DNA from: Azolla caroliniana
Taxonomy: Eukaryota; Plantae; Polypodiophyta
Assembly: GCA_043228905.1 (NCBI GenBank)
Contig: JBHGNT010000014.1
Coordinates: 20,956,001 to 21,020,000 of the forward strand
Direction of reading: 5' to 3'
DNA length: 64,000 nt
The notes under the pieces are model-generated. The model was given only the letters and a program-made list of their open reading frames with translations, had not been told where the DNA came from and ran no database searches. The position numbers and the translations under genes are program-made. Shown one piece after another: positions 24,401-36,460 of the stretch. Position 1 is the first letter of the stretch; the number at the start of each line of letters is the position of its first letter.

Positions 24401-27400
24401 AGGCATGAAGAAATTAGAAAATTTGAGGATGGAGTGGAACAGAGCGAGTGAGTAAATTAAAATGGTCATACCTGGCTTGTATGATATCGGATTATTGTGT
24501 TCAAACATGTGAATTGAAGCTAACAATGCTAGCTATGATATAGAATTAAAAAATCAAGATTTTGAAACTCAGGTCGAGAGACATGACGAAATTAGCAAAT
24601 TTGAAGAGGTAGGGGAGAAGACCCCGTGAGTAAATTAAAATGGTCATACCTGGCTTGTGTGATATCGGATTTTTGTGTTCACATATGTGAATCGAAGCTA
24701 ACAATGCTAGCTATGATATAGAATTAAAAAATAAAGATTTTGAAACTCAGGTCGAGAGACATGACGAAATTAGCAAATTTGAGGAGGTTGGGGAGAAGAC
24801 TCGGTGAGTAAATTAAAATGATCATACCTGGCTCGTGTGATATCGGATTTTTGTGTTCAAACATGCGAATCGAAGCTGACAACGCTAGCTATGATAAAGA
24901 ATTAAAAAATCGAGATTTCAAAACTCAGGTCGAGAGAAGTGACGAAATTAGCAAATTTGAGGAGGGAGTTGAGAAGAGCGAGTGAGTAAATTAAAATTGT
25001 CATACCTGGCTGGTGTTTTATCGGATTATATAGTTCAAACATGCGAGTCGAAGCTAACAACGCTAGCTATGATATAGAATTAAAAAATCGAGATTTTGAA
25101 AATCAGGTCGAGAGACCTGACGAAATTAGCAAATTTGAGGAGGTAGCGGAGAAGACCCCGTGAGTAAATTAAAATAGTCATACCTGGATCGTGTGATATC
25201 GGATTTTTGTGTTCAAACATGCGAATAGAAGCTGACAACGCTAGCTATGAATACAATTATAAAATCGAGATTTTAAAAGTCCGGTTGACAGATATGACGA
25301 AATTAGCATATTTGAGGAGGTAGTGGACAAGAGCTAGTGAGTAAATTAAAATGTTCATAGCTGGCTCGTGTTATATCGGATTTTTGTGTTCGAGACCCGG
25401 TGAGTAAATTAAAATGTTCATACCTAGCTCGTGTGATATCGGATTTTTGTGTTCAAACATGCGAATCGAAGCTAACAACGCTAGCTATGATATAGAATTA
25501 AGTAATTAAGATTTTGAAACTCAGATCGAGAGACATGACAAAATTAGCATATTTGAGGAGGGAGTTGAGAAGAGCGAGTGAGTAAATTAAAATGGTCATA
25601 CCTGGCTCGTTTGATATTGGATGATTGAGTTCAAACATTCAAATCGAAGCTAACAACACTAGCTATGATATAGAGTTAAAAAATCAAGATTTTGAAACTC
25701 AGGTCGAGAGACATGACGAAATTAGCAAATTTGAGGAGGTAGGGGAGAAGACCCCGTGAGAAAATTAAAATGGTCATACCTGGCTTGTGACGAAATTAGC
25801 AAATTTGAGGAGGTTGGGGAGAAGACTCGGTGAGTAAATTAAAATGTTCCTACCAGGCTCGTGTGATATCGGATTTTTGTGTTCAAACATGCGAATCGAG
25901 GTTGACAACGCTAGCTATGATATAGAATTAAAAAATCGAGATTTCAAAACTCAGGTCGAGAGACGTGACGATATAAGCAAATTTGAGGAGGGAGTTGAAA
26001 AGAGCGAGTGAGTAAATTAAAATAGTCATAGCTGGCTCGTGTGATATCGGATTTTTGTGTTCAAATATGTGAATCGAAGCTAACAATGCTAGCTATGATA
26101 TAGAATTAAAAAGTTATGATTTTGAAACTCAGGTCGAGAGACAGGACGAAAGTAGCATATTTGAGGAGAGAGTTGAGAAGAGCGCGCGAGTAAATTAAAA
26201 TGGTCATATCTGGCTTGTGTGATATCGGATTTTTGTGTTCAAACATGCGAATCGAAGCTGACAACGCTAGCTCTGATAAAGAATTAAAAAATCGAGATTT
26301 CAAAACTCAGGTCGAGAGACGTGACGAAATTAGCAAATTTGAGGAGGGAGTTGAGAAGAGCGAGTGAGTAAATTAAAATGTTCATACCTGGCTCGTGTGA
26401 TATCGGATTTTGTGTTCAAACATGCGAATCGAAGCTAACAACGCTAGCTGTGATATATAATGGAAAATACAGATTTTGAAACTCAGGTCGAGAGACGTGA
26501 CAAAATTAGCAAATTTGAGGAGGGAGTTGAGAAGAGTGAGTGAGTAAATTAAAATCGTCATACCTGGCTCGTGTGATATCGGATTTTTGTGATCAAACAT
26601 GCGAATTGAAGCTAACAACGCTAGCTATGATATAGAATTAAAAAATGGAGATTTCGAAACTCAGGTCGAGAGACGTGAGGAAATTAGCAAATTTGAGGAG
26701 GGAGTTGAGAAGAGCGAGTGAGTAAATTAAAATCGTCATACCTGGCTCGTGTGATATCGGATTTTTGTGTTCAAACATGCGAATCGAAGCTAACAACGCT
26801 AGCTATAATATAGAATTAAAAAATCAAGATTTTGAAACTCAGATCGAGAGACATGACAAAATTAGCAAATTTGAGGAGGTAGGGGAGAAGACCCCGTGAG
26901 TAAATTAAAATAGTCATACCTGGCGCGCGTGATATCAGATTTTTGTGTTCAAACATGCGAATCGAAGCTAACAACGCTAGCTATGATATCGAGTTAAAAA
27001 ATCGAGATTTTCAAACTCAGGTCGAGAGACATGACGAAATTAGCAAATTTGAGCAGTGAGTTGGGAACAGCTAGTTGGTAAATTAAAATGTTCATACCTG
27101 GCTCGTGTGATATCGGATTTTTGTGTTCAAACATGCGAATCGAAGCTAACAACGCTAGCTATAATATAGAATTAAAAAATCAAGATTTTGAAACTCAGAT
27201 CGAGAGACATGACAAAATTATCAAATTTGAGGAGGTAGGGGAGAAGACCCCGTGAGTAAATTAAAATGTTCATACCTGGCTCGTGTGATATCGGATTTTT
27301 GTGTTCAAACATGCGAATCGAAGATAACAACGCTAGCTATGATATGGAATTAAAAAATCCAGATTTTGAAACTCAGGTCGAGAGACATGACGAAATTACC

Positions 27401-30400
27401 AAATTTGACGAGTGAGTTGGGAAAAGCTAGTTCGTAAATTAAAATGTTCATACCTGGCTCGTGTGATATCGGATTTTTGTGTTCAAACATGCGAATCGAA
27501 GCTAATAACGCTAGCTATAATATAGAATGAAAAAATCAAGATTTTGAAACTCAGATCGAGAGACATGACAAAATTATCAAATTTGAGGAGGTAGGGGAGA
27601 AGACCCCGTGAGTAAATTAAAATGTTCATACCTGGCTCGTGTGATATCGGATTTTTGTGTTCAAACATGCGAATCGAAGATAACAACGCTAGCTATGATA
27701 TGGAATTAAAAAATCCAGATTTTGAAACTCAGATCGAGAGACATGACGAAATTACCAAATTTGAGGAGTGAGTTGGGAAGAGCTTGTACGTAAATTAAAA
27801 TGTTCATACCTGGCTCGTGTGATATTGGATTTTTGTGTTGAAGCATGCGAATCGAAGCTAACAACGTTAGCTATGATATGGAATTAAAAAATCCAGATTT
27901 TGAAACTCAGGTCGAGAGACATGACGAAATTACCAAATTTGACGAGTGAGTTGGGAAAAGCTAGTTCGTAAATTAAAATGTTCATACCTGGCTCGTGTGA
28001 TATCGGATTTTTGTGTTCAAACATGCGAATCGAAGCTAACAACGCTAGCTATAATATAGAATTAAAAAATCAAGATTTTGAAACTCAGATCGAGAGACAT
28101 GACAAAATTATCAAATTTGTGGAGGTAGGGGAGAAGACCCCGTGAGTAAATTAAAATGTTCATACCTGGCTCGTGTGATATCGGATTTTTGTGTTCAAAC
28201 ATGCGAATCGAAGATAACAACGCTAGCTATGATATGGAATTAAAAAATCCAGATTTTGAAACTCAGGTCGAGAGACATGACGAAATTACCAAATTTGACG
28301 AGTGAGTTGGGAAAAGCTAGTAGGTAAATTAAAATGTTCATACCTGGCTCGTGTGATATCAGATTTTTGTGTTGAAGCATGCAAATCGAAGCTAACAATG
28401 CTTGCTATGATATGGAATTAAGCAAATTTGAGGAGGGAGTTGAAAGGAGCGAGTGAGTAAATTAAAATCGTCATACCTGGCTCGGGTGATATCGGATTTT
28501 TATGTTCAAACATGCGAATCGAATATAACAACGCTAGCTATGATATAGAATGAAAAAATACAGATTTTGAAACTCAGGTCGAGAGACGTGACAAAATTAG
28601 CAAATTTGAGGAGGGAGTTGAGAAGAGCGAGTGAGTAAATTAAAATCGTCATACCTGGCTCGGGTGATATCGGATTTTTATGTTCAAACATGCGAATCGA
28701 AGCTAACAACGCTAGCTATGATATCGAATTAAAAAATGGAGATTTCGAAACTCAGGTCGAGAGACGTGAGGAAATTAGCAAATTTGAGGAGGGAGTTGAG
28801 AAGAGCGAGTGAGTAAATTAAAATGTTCATACCTGGCTCGTGTGATATCGGATTTTTGTGTTCAAACATGCGAATCGAAGCTAACAACGCTAGCTATAAT
28901 ATAGAATTAAAAAATCAAGATTTTGAAACTCAGATCGAGAGATATGACAAAATTATCAAATTTGAGGAGGTAGGGGAGAAGACCCCGTGAGTAAATTAAA
29001 ATGGTCATACCTGGCTCGCGTGATATCAGATTTTTGTGTTCAAACATGCGAATCGAAGCTAACAACGCTAGCTATGATATCGAGTTAAAAAATCAAGATT
29101 TTCAAACTCAGGTCGAGAGACATGACGAAATTAGCAAATTTGAGGAGGGAGTTGAGAAGAGCGAGTGTGTAAATTAAAATGGTCATACCTGGCTTGTGTT
29201 ATATCGGATTATTGTGTTCAAACATGTGAAACGAAGCTAACAACGCTAGCTATGATATAGAATTAAAAAATCAAGATTTTGAAACTCAGGTCGAGAGACA
29301 TGACGAAATTAGCAAATTTGAGGAGGTAGGGGAGAAGACCCGGTGAGTAAATTAAAATGTTCATACCTGGATCATGTGATATCGGATTTTTGTGTTCAAA
29401 CATGCGAATCGAAGCTGACAACGCTAGCTATGATATAGAATTAAAATATCAAGATTTCAAAACTCAGGTCGAGAAACGTGCCGAAATTAGCAAATTTGAG
29501 GAGGGCGTTGAGAAGAGCGAGTGAGTAAATTAAAATATTCATACCTGGCTCGTGTGATATCGGATTTCTGTGTTCAAACATGCGAATCGAGGATAACAAC
29601 GCTACCTATGATATAGAATTAGAAAATCGAGATTTCAGAACTCAGGTCGAGAGACGTGACGATATAAGCAAATTTCAGTAGGGAGTTGAGAAGAGCGAGT
29701 GAGTAAATTAAAATGTTCATACCTAGCTTGTGTGATATCGGATTATTGAGTTCAAACATTCAAATCGAAGCTAACAACACTAGCTATGATATCGAGTTAA
29801 AAAATCGAGATTTTGAAACTCAAGTTGACAGACATGACGAAATAATCATATTTGAGGAGGTAGTGGAGAAGAGCTAGTGTGTAAATTAAAATAGTCATAG
29901 CTGGCTCGTGTGATATCGGATTTTTGTGTTCAAACAAGCGAATCGAAGCTAACAACGCTAGCTATGATATAGAATTAAGTAATTAAGATTTTGAAAGTCA
30001 GATCGAGAGACATGACAAAATTAGCAGATTTGAGGAGGGAGTTGAGAAGAGCGAGTGAGTAAATTAAAATGGTCATACCTGGCTTGTGTGATATCGGATT
30101 ATTGAGTTCAAACATGCAAATCGAAGCTAACAACACTAGCTATGATATCGAGTTAAAAAATCAAGATTTTGAAACTCAGGTCGAGAGACATGACGAAAGT
30201 AGCAAATTTGAGGAGGTAGGGGAGAAGACCCCGTGAGTAAATTAAAATGGTCATACCTGGCTTGTGTTATATCGGATTATTGTGTTCAAACATGTGAATC
30301 GAAGCTAACAATGCTAGCTATGATATAGAATTAAAAAATCAAGATTTTGAAACTCAGGTCGAGAGACATGACGAAATTAGCAAATTTGAGGAGGTAGGGG

Positions 30401-31286
30401 AGAAGACCCCGTGAGTAAATTAAAATGGTCATACTTGGCTGGTGTGATATCGGATTTTTGTGTTCAAATATGTGAATCGAAGCTAACAACGCTAGCTATG
30501 ATATAGAATTAAAAAATAAACATTTTGAAACTCAGGTATGACGAAATTAGCAAATTTGAGGAGGTTGGGGAGAAGACCCGGTGAGTAAATTAAAATGTTC
30601 ATACCTGGTTTGTGTGATATCGGATTTTTGTGTTCAAACATGCGAATCGAAGCTGACAACCCTAGCTATGATAAAGAATTAGAAAATCGAGATTTCAAAA
30701 CTCAGGTCGAGAGACGTGAGGAAATTAGCAAATTTGAGGAGGGAGTTGAGAAGAGTGAGTGAGTAAATTAAAATGTTCATACCTGGCTCGTGTGATATCG
30801 GATTTTTGTGTTCAAACATGCGTATCGAAGCTAACAACGCTAGCTATGATATAGAATGAAAAAATACAGATTTTGAAACTCAGGTCGAGAGACGTGACGA
30901 AATTAGCAAATTTGAGGAGGGAGTTGAGAAGAGCGAGTGAGTAAATTAAAATCGTCATACCTGGCTCGGGTGATATCGGATTTTTATGTTCAAACATTGG
31001 AATCGAAGCTAACAACGCTAGCTATGATATCGAATTAAAAAATGGAGATTTCGAAACTCAGGTCGAGAGACGTGAGGAAATTAGCAAATTTGAGGAGGGA
31101 GTTGAGAAGACCCCGTGAGTAAATTAAAATGGTCATACCTGGTTTGTGTTATATCGGATTATTGTGTTCAAACATGTGAATCGAAGCTAACAACGCTAGC
31201 TATGATATAGAATTAAAAAATCAAGATTTTGAAACTCAGGTCGAGAGACATGACGAAATTAGCAAATTTGAGGAGGTTGGGGAGAA
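6454..31286. repeat. 178-bp tandem satellite array, left block (about 140 monomers, mostly sub-family A)
   Basis: TACCTGG recurs at 6781 and 6959 (178 bp). Consensus AATTAAAATGkTCATACCTGGCTCGTGTGATATCGGATTTTTGTGTTCAAACATGCGAATCGAAGCTAACAACGCTAGCTATGATATAGAATTAAAAAATCAAGATTTTGAAACTCAGGTCGAGAGACATGACGAAATTAGCAAATTTGAGGAGGGAGTTGAGAAGAGCGAGTGAGTA; single orientation. Confidence 0.97.
13750..16300. repeat. 7-monomer higher-order repeat (1245 bp); second run at about 20.2-23.2 kb
   Basis: Equivalent ORF-track ends at 13791/15036/16281 and 20570/21815. 1245 = 7x178-1, with the 1-bp deletion marker GATATATAATGGAAAATACAG. Confidence 0.85.
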
Positions 31287-31568
31287 TGTTGACGATGAAG
31301 GTCGTCTTTGCGGAAGATCAAGAAGCATTCGTTTTCTTTCTCTGTACCTGCGTATGACTGTTTGTAGGTCGTTGTGCAGAGAGAGAGAGAGAGAGACACA
31401 AAAGAGTCTTTATTTCATAAAGAAGAATACAACAAGCCCAACCCCACAAAGAGGTTACAAGGTCACTATATATAGGGACCGACTTAGGGCAACTGCCCTT
31501 TATGCTAATTACATAAATGGCCAAAACGGGATAGTGTGAATACGTCCATTATACACATGTATTCGACA
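31287..31568 (-). repeat. 3' LTR (282 bp)
   Basis: TGTTGACG...ATTCGACA; matches 36461-36743 except one T indel and one G/C change in the GA tract. Confidence 0.95.
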
Positions 31569-31575
31569 CTCCCCC
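31569..31575 (-). promoter_or_regulatory. Polypurine tract (GGGGGAG) abutting 3' LTR
   Basis: ctccccc on + immediately after the LTR end; the usual copia PPT ending. Confidence 0.85.
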
Positions 31576-31761
31576 GTAATGGGCGTATACATGGGTTATC
31601 TAAGATTACAGGTATAGACTTAGGTTCTCGGACATATTAGCTTTGTTCAAGTCGGCAGGGTCCGAAGGCAGAAGACCGAACTGGTCGGGTCGGAACAGTT
31701 GAAGCCGATCATTAAGGAACTGATGTCGGTTGTCGAGAACTATCCTGCTCTGTGTCCAGCT

Positions 31762-34700
31762 CTAACCGGACTGGTTTGTCGTTACGCCCATCTGATGCCG
31801 AAGAGACCGAAAGCGGTCTGCCGAAAGACACTTGGTCATTCCATCTGCGACATTGTCGGTTGTGGATATTTTCTCTAGACCGATTTTCCCTGAAATGACG
31901 CAGTCCCGAACGAAGTGATATCGAACGTCGATATGCTTGGAGGCGTTGTGGTGAACCGGATTTTTCGACAGGGCAACAGCACCTTGACTGTCGCTGTAGA
32001 CAATTGGAGCCGAGTCATGGTTGACTTGTCGAAACGTGTGCGCCAGCCGACCGAGCCACAAAGCTTCTTTTGCTGCGTCGGACGCAGCTACATATTCTGC
32101 TTCGGTCGTTGAGGTCGCTGTGCACTCCTGAAGTTTCGACTTCCACGAGATTGCTCCATTGCCGAACTTGAAGCAGTATCCGGTTGTTGATTTCCGACTG
32201 TCTATACAGCCGGCGAAGTCCGAGTCGGTGTAACCGACTACGCCTGAGGTTCGGTTCGGACCGAAAAGAATGCCGTGGTCTTTTGTGCCAGCCAGATATC
32301 TGAACACATGCTTGACTGCGTTCCAATGCGATCGGCCAGGGTTGTGCATAAATCTGCTAACGACTCCTACGGCATGAGAAATATCAGGCCGTGTCGCGAC
32401 CATCAGGTACATAAGGGAGCCGACTGCCGGTGCATACGGTACCGACTTCATATCTTCCCCCTCCGGGCCGGATGTCGGGCAGTCTCGCTGAGAGAGCCGA
32501 AGATTCATGGGGAGCGGGGTTGAAGCAGATTTGGCTGATTGCATGTTGAAGCATTCTAAGACACGTCCGATATAGTCGGTCTGAGACAAAAAGAGATGTC
32601 GTTTATCGCGATGCCGACTAATCTTCATGCCGAGTATGTGTCGTGCCGGACCGAGGTCCTTCATTGCAAACTTCAACCGCAGTTGCCGAACGAGATCGGC
32701 AAGTTCGCCCGCGTGGCGTCCAGAAAGTAGCATGTCGTCCACGTAGATGATGAGGAAGATGGGTGAACCATCTTGAGCTGTGTTGGTGAAGAGACAATGG
32801 TCCTCATCGCTTTTTAAGAAGCCGATCGATTGGATGAAGTCGTCGAACTTCTTGTACCATTGTCGCGGTGCCTGTTTGAGGCCGTATAGACTCTTCCTGA
32901 GTCGGCAGACTAGATGTTCTTGGCCAGGTGCCACGAAGCCTTTTGGCTGCTCCATGTAAATTTCTTCCTCGAGATCACCATGGAGGAATGCTGTTTTGAC
33001 ATCTAGCTGAATCAGCTCCAAGTTGTCGGCTGCCACTACGCCGAGCAGAAAACGAAGGGTTGTCATTTTCACCACTGGTGAAAAAATCTCGTCGAAGTCG
33101 ACGCCATATTCTTGTCGGAAGCCCTTCGCAACTAATCTGGCCTTGTACTTTGGGGTGGTCGAATCAGACGTCTCTTTTAGTCGATAAACCCACTTGCAAG
33201 GAAGAGCACGTCGGTTCCTGGGTAAGTCGACCAGATCCCAAGTCTTGTTTGCCCGGATGGAGTGCATTTCCGACTCCATCGCCAGATGCCAGGTGGCGGA
33301 ATTGACAGATGTCGATGCTTCTTCGTAAGACGTCGGTTCGCCGGCGTCGGTGAAGAAAATTCCAGGAGAGTACCTCTCCGGAGGTTGCGACAGTCTCTCG
33401 GATCGTCGAGGTATGATTGTGCCGGTCGCATCGGGTATCGAAGTCGGATAGTCCGAAAGCGGATTGTTCTGCGGTGCCGAGTCGGAGTTGTCCGAGTCGG
33501 TGGTGTAAGGTTCAGCTACCCGTGAAGCTGACCGTGTGTTGAGAGCAGGGCCTTCTTGAAGGGTCGGCACATCGGAAAATGTTACCCTTCGGACTTTGAT
33601 CGATTTTTCGACTGATGGGTTCATAGCCGACTCGTTGAACACAACGTCCGAACTTCGAACGATTTGTCTGCGTTCGGGGTCCCAGAGTCGGTATCCCATT
33701 TCGCCGTCTGATCCATATCCAAGGAAAATGCATTTCCTGGACCGAGCTGCAAGTTTTCGGCGATCATCTTTCGGAATGAGGGCGTACGCCTCGCATCCGA
33801 AGATCCTCAGCTTGTCGTAATTCGGCTTGCTGCCGATCCATAGTTCCTGAGGAATTTGAAGTCCTAGAGGTCTACTTGGCGACATGTTGATTATGTGTAC
33901 TGCCGTGAGTAGAGCCTCTGCCCAGAAGCCATCCGACAGTCCGGAGTGTTGGAGCATGGAAACGATCCGTTCTTGGATTGTCCGATTCATTCGCTCTGCG
34001 ATCCCGTTTTGCTCCGGACTGTGTGGTGCCGTAAGTTCGCGTCGGATGCCGCGTTGTCGGCAGAGTTTGACGAACTCTTCTGATTTAAACTCTCCCCCAT
34101 TGTCGGTCCGAAGGCATTTCAGCTTTCGGTCGGTTTGATTTTCTACCATAGCGAGCCAATCGGAGAAGATCGAGAAGACACGATCTTTGGTGCGAATTGG
34201 ATAAGCCCACACCTTTCGAGTCGAATCGTCAATAAAAGTGACGAAGTAAGATGCACCGCCTAGAGACTGATGCGGCATTGGGCCACAGACGTCCGAATGG
34301 ACTAAATCGAGAGGTCTCGTTTCTCTTGGTGCTGATGTCGGGTGTGATGTGGCTGCTTGTTTGCCATACTGACAATGCTCGCAGAATTGATGGTCCGAGA
34401 AGGAGAGTTTGGGGATGTATCCGGCTCTAGATAGGTGCGTGATGCCGGCCTTGCTGAGGTGTCCTAATCTTCGGTGCCATAGTGATGACACAGGAATGTC
34501 CACCAAAAACAGGTTACCCTCTCTGAGCGTAACATGTAACGGATACAGTGAGTGTATCTTGGGTCCTCTAGCAAGCAGGAGGTTCCCCCTGTGGAGTGTC
34601 CACCCTCCCGAAGAAAAACCGGCACGAATGCCGTCTTCATCTAGTTGTCCGACTGAGATCAATGGCCTTGAGAGCTCGGGTACATGTCGGACATTGTGGA

Positions 34701-35775
34701 GTACAAGTGTAGAGCCACCTGCAAGGTTGAGCTCTACTGTGCCGATTCCGATGATGTCACAGTGTTGTGAGTTGCCGACCCGAACTGAGTCGGAGTGACG
34801 GATCGTATATTGCCGAAATTGGGACCGATGAGGAGTCACATGAAATGACGCGCCCGAATCCAAGAGCCATGTGCTCGATTCTTCAGTCGTGAGCAGAACT
34901 TCTGAGCCGACTGGATTTTCGATTGATAGTATGTTCGGGTCGTCCGGTAGCACATCAGCTGAGAAGCTGACGTAATTGATCTCCTCATGCCGGCCACTCT
35001 TTTTGTTGTTCTTGTTCTTGAGTGCGCGGCAGTCGGCTTTGATGTGTCCGGGTTTCTTGCAATAGTTGCAGATTCGGTTGTCCCGTGACTGGCTCCGTCT
35101 TCGCTGATTGTTCGGCGGTCGTGAGGAATCTCTTCCTCGTATGTTCGATCGGTCTGTCGAACCTTGTACTACGTAAGCGTCGTCTGTTGAGTCTTTGGCG
35201 AAAGACTTTCTCCGAGCTGCTTCGGTCAGGATTGCGCTCGTGACTTCGGAGTATTTAACAGCCGTGGTTGACGCGTTGCACACGGTTGTGACGAAAGTTT
35301 CCCATGATGAGGGAAGGCTGCTCATGAGTATCATTGCTCTGAGTTCATCCTCGATTGCCGTCCCCTGTGACGAGATTTGGGAGCTTATGCTTTCGTACTC
35401 ATTGAGGTGTGCTTGAACCGAGTCGGATTCTTTCATCCGCAAGTTGTAGAGGCGCCGGATCAGAAACATCTTCGTTGCGGCGACCTTCTTTTCGTAAGTG
35501 TCTGACAGTGTTTTCCACAGTTCGAATGCTGTCGTACACGATTGCACCGTAAAGTATACCGATTCCGATAGGTGCATCCGAATCGTGGCGCGGACGATTC
35601 TGTCCAGCTTCTGCCACTCAATTGGTTTGTATCCTTCTGGAGGTTCTTCATTTTCGATGGGATCGATTTGCCCCTTGACTATGAGATAGTCTTGCATTTG
35701 TTCCTTCCAGAAGTTGAAGTTCGATCCATCGAACTTGCGTAGACTCATTTCTGACGAGCCGGATGTTGATGCCAT
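31762..35775 (-). CDS. Copia gag-pol polyprotein, 1337 aa from ATG 35775
   Basis: Gag FDGSNFNFWK, zinc knuckle CNYCKKPGHIKADC, protease WLLDSGAS, integrase WHRRLGH..CEHC / HSDVCGP / RTDNGGEF / NGIAERMNRT, RT LDVKTAFLHG and YVDDML, RNase H YTDSDFAG / TEAEY / KHIDVRYHF / ADGMTK. Confidence 0.97.
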   Translation of the reverse strand: MASTSGSSEMSLRKFDGSNFNFWKEQMQDYLIVKGQIDPIENEEPPEGYKPIEWQKLDRIVRATIRMHLSESVYFTVQSCTTAFELWKTLSDTYEKKVAATKMFLIRRLYNLRMKESDSVQAHLNEYESISSQISSQGTAIEDELRAMILMSSLPSSWETFVTTVCNASTTAVKYSEVTSAILTEAARRKSFAKDSTDDAYVVQGSTDRSNIRGRDSSRPPNNQRRRSQSRDNRICNYCKKPGHIKADCRALKNKNNKKSGRHEEINYVSFSADVLPDDPNILSIENPVGSEVLLTTEESSTWLLDSGASFHVTPHRSQFRQYTIRHSDSVRVGNSQHCDIIGIGTVELNLAGGSTLVLHNVRHVPELSRPLISVGQLDEDGIRAGFSSGGWTLHRGNLLLARGPKIHSLYPLHVTLREGNLFLVDIPVSSLWHRRLGHLSKAGITHLSRAGYIPKLSFSDHQFCEHCQYGKQAATSHPTSAPRETRPLDLVHSDVCGPMPHQSLGGASYFVTFIDDSTRKVWAYPIRTKDRVFSIFSDWLAMVENQTDRKLKCLRTDNGGEFKSEEFVKLCRQRGIRRELTAPHSPEQNGIAERMNRTIQERIVSMLQHSGLSDGFWAEALLTAVHIINMSPSRPLGLQIPQELWIGSKPNYDKLRIFGCEAYALIPKDDRRKLAARSRKCIFLGYGSDGEMGYRLWDPERRQIVRSSDVVFNESAMNPSVEKSIKVRRVTFSDVPTLQEGPALNTRSASRVAEPYTTDSDNSDSAPQNNPLSDYPTSIPDATGTIIPRRSERLSQPPERYSPGIFFTDAGEPTSYEEASTSVNSATWHLAMESEMHSIRANKTWDLVDLPRNRRALPCKWVYRLKETSDSTTPKYKARLVAKGFRQEYGVDFDEIFSPVVKMTTLRFLLGVVAADNLELIQLDVKTAFLHGDLEEEIYMEQPKGFVAPGQEHLVCRLRKSLYGLKQAPRQWYKKFDDFIQSIGFLKSDEDHCLFTNTAQDGSPIFLIIYVDDMLLSGRHAGELADLVRQLRLKFAMKDLGPARHILGMKISRHRDKRHLFLSQTDYIGRVLECFNMQSAKSASTPLPMNLRLSQRDCPTSGPEGEDMKSVPYAPAVGSLMYLMVATRPDISHAVGVVSRFMHNPGRSHWNAVKHVFRYLAGTKDHGILFGPNRTSGVVGYTDSDFAGCIDSRKSTTGYCFKFGNGAISWKSKLQECTATSTTEAEYVAASDAAKEALWLGRLAHTFRQVNHDSAPIVYSDSQGAVALSKNPVHHNASKHIDVRYHFVRDCVISGKIGLEKISTTDNVADGMTKCLSADRFRSLRHQMGVTTNQSG

Positions 35776-36446
35776 CAAATTCGGTTTCGGTTGACTAAGC
35801 TCGGTTCGAAGTTGACTACGAACCTTGTTGGAGTGCAGCCGGTTGGCTCACCCGATATCGTTCTAGTCGGATTTGAACCCGAGTCGGTTCGGCTTCTTGT
35901 TGAACTTGCTCGAATTGACTCCGGTAGCTGGAGGGACAGAACCGACTGGTCTTCCCGAATGTTACCGAGTCGGAGTGAGTCCGGTTCGCTTCGGATATAT
36001 ATGCCGAATACCGATTATTAAAACCGATTATCTGGACCGATTCTGCTTCGGGTGGCTGCAGCGACGAGAGGGATGGATCCAACTGATCCTTTCGAATGTC
36101 GATCAGCCAGAAGAAGCACGAATTTGGGGTTGTTGTCTTAAGACCGATCTGCACCGAGTGGTTACAACGAGCGGCGATTGATGACCTCTTCGGATGCCGT
36201 TTAACCGAGTGGAGCACGATCGTGTCAAAGTTTCACAAGGGGAATTTCACCTCAAGCGGTTACGATCTCGGAGGACAGAGTACAACCTGTTGGCTTACTC
36301 CAAGCAAGAATGATCTAACGCGATGAGATGCAAACCTGGTTTTTCTTCTTCTTCTCTCTTTCTTCGAATGACGCGAATACTGTGCAGGCCGTGATGAAGT
36401 GAAGAACCGAATGCTGTGCAGTCGGTGATGACGGCCGATGTTGAAT

Positions 36447-36458
36447 GCTCTGATACCA
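36447..36458 (-). promoter_or_regulatory. Primer-binding site complementary to initiator tRNA-Met
   Basis: Minus strand TGGTATCAGAGC, 2 nt downstream of the 5' LTR. Confidence 0.93.
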
Positions 36459-36460
36459 GA

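Noticed and set aside
31287-31568. Satellite derived from the copia LTR
   Set aside because: No visible similarity between the LTR and the monomer.
31915-35689. Antisense and alternate-frame ORFs within gag-pol
   Set aside because: Shadow ORFs of a GC-rich coding region with no recognisable motifs.
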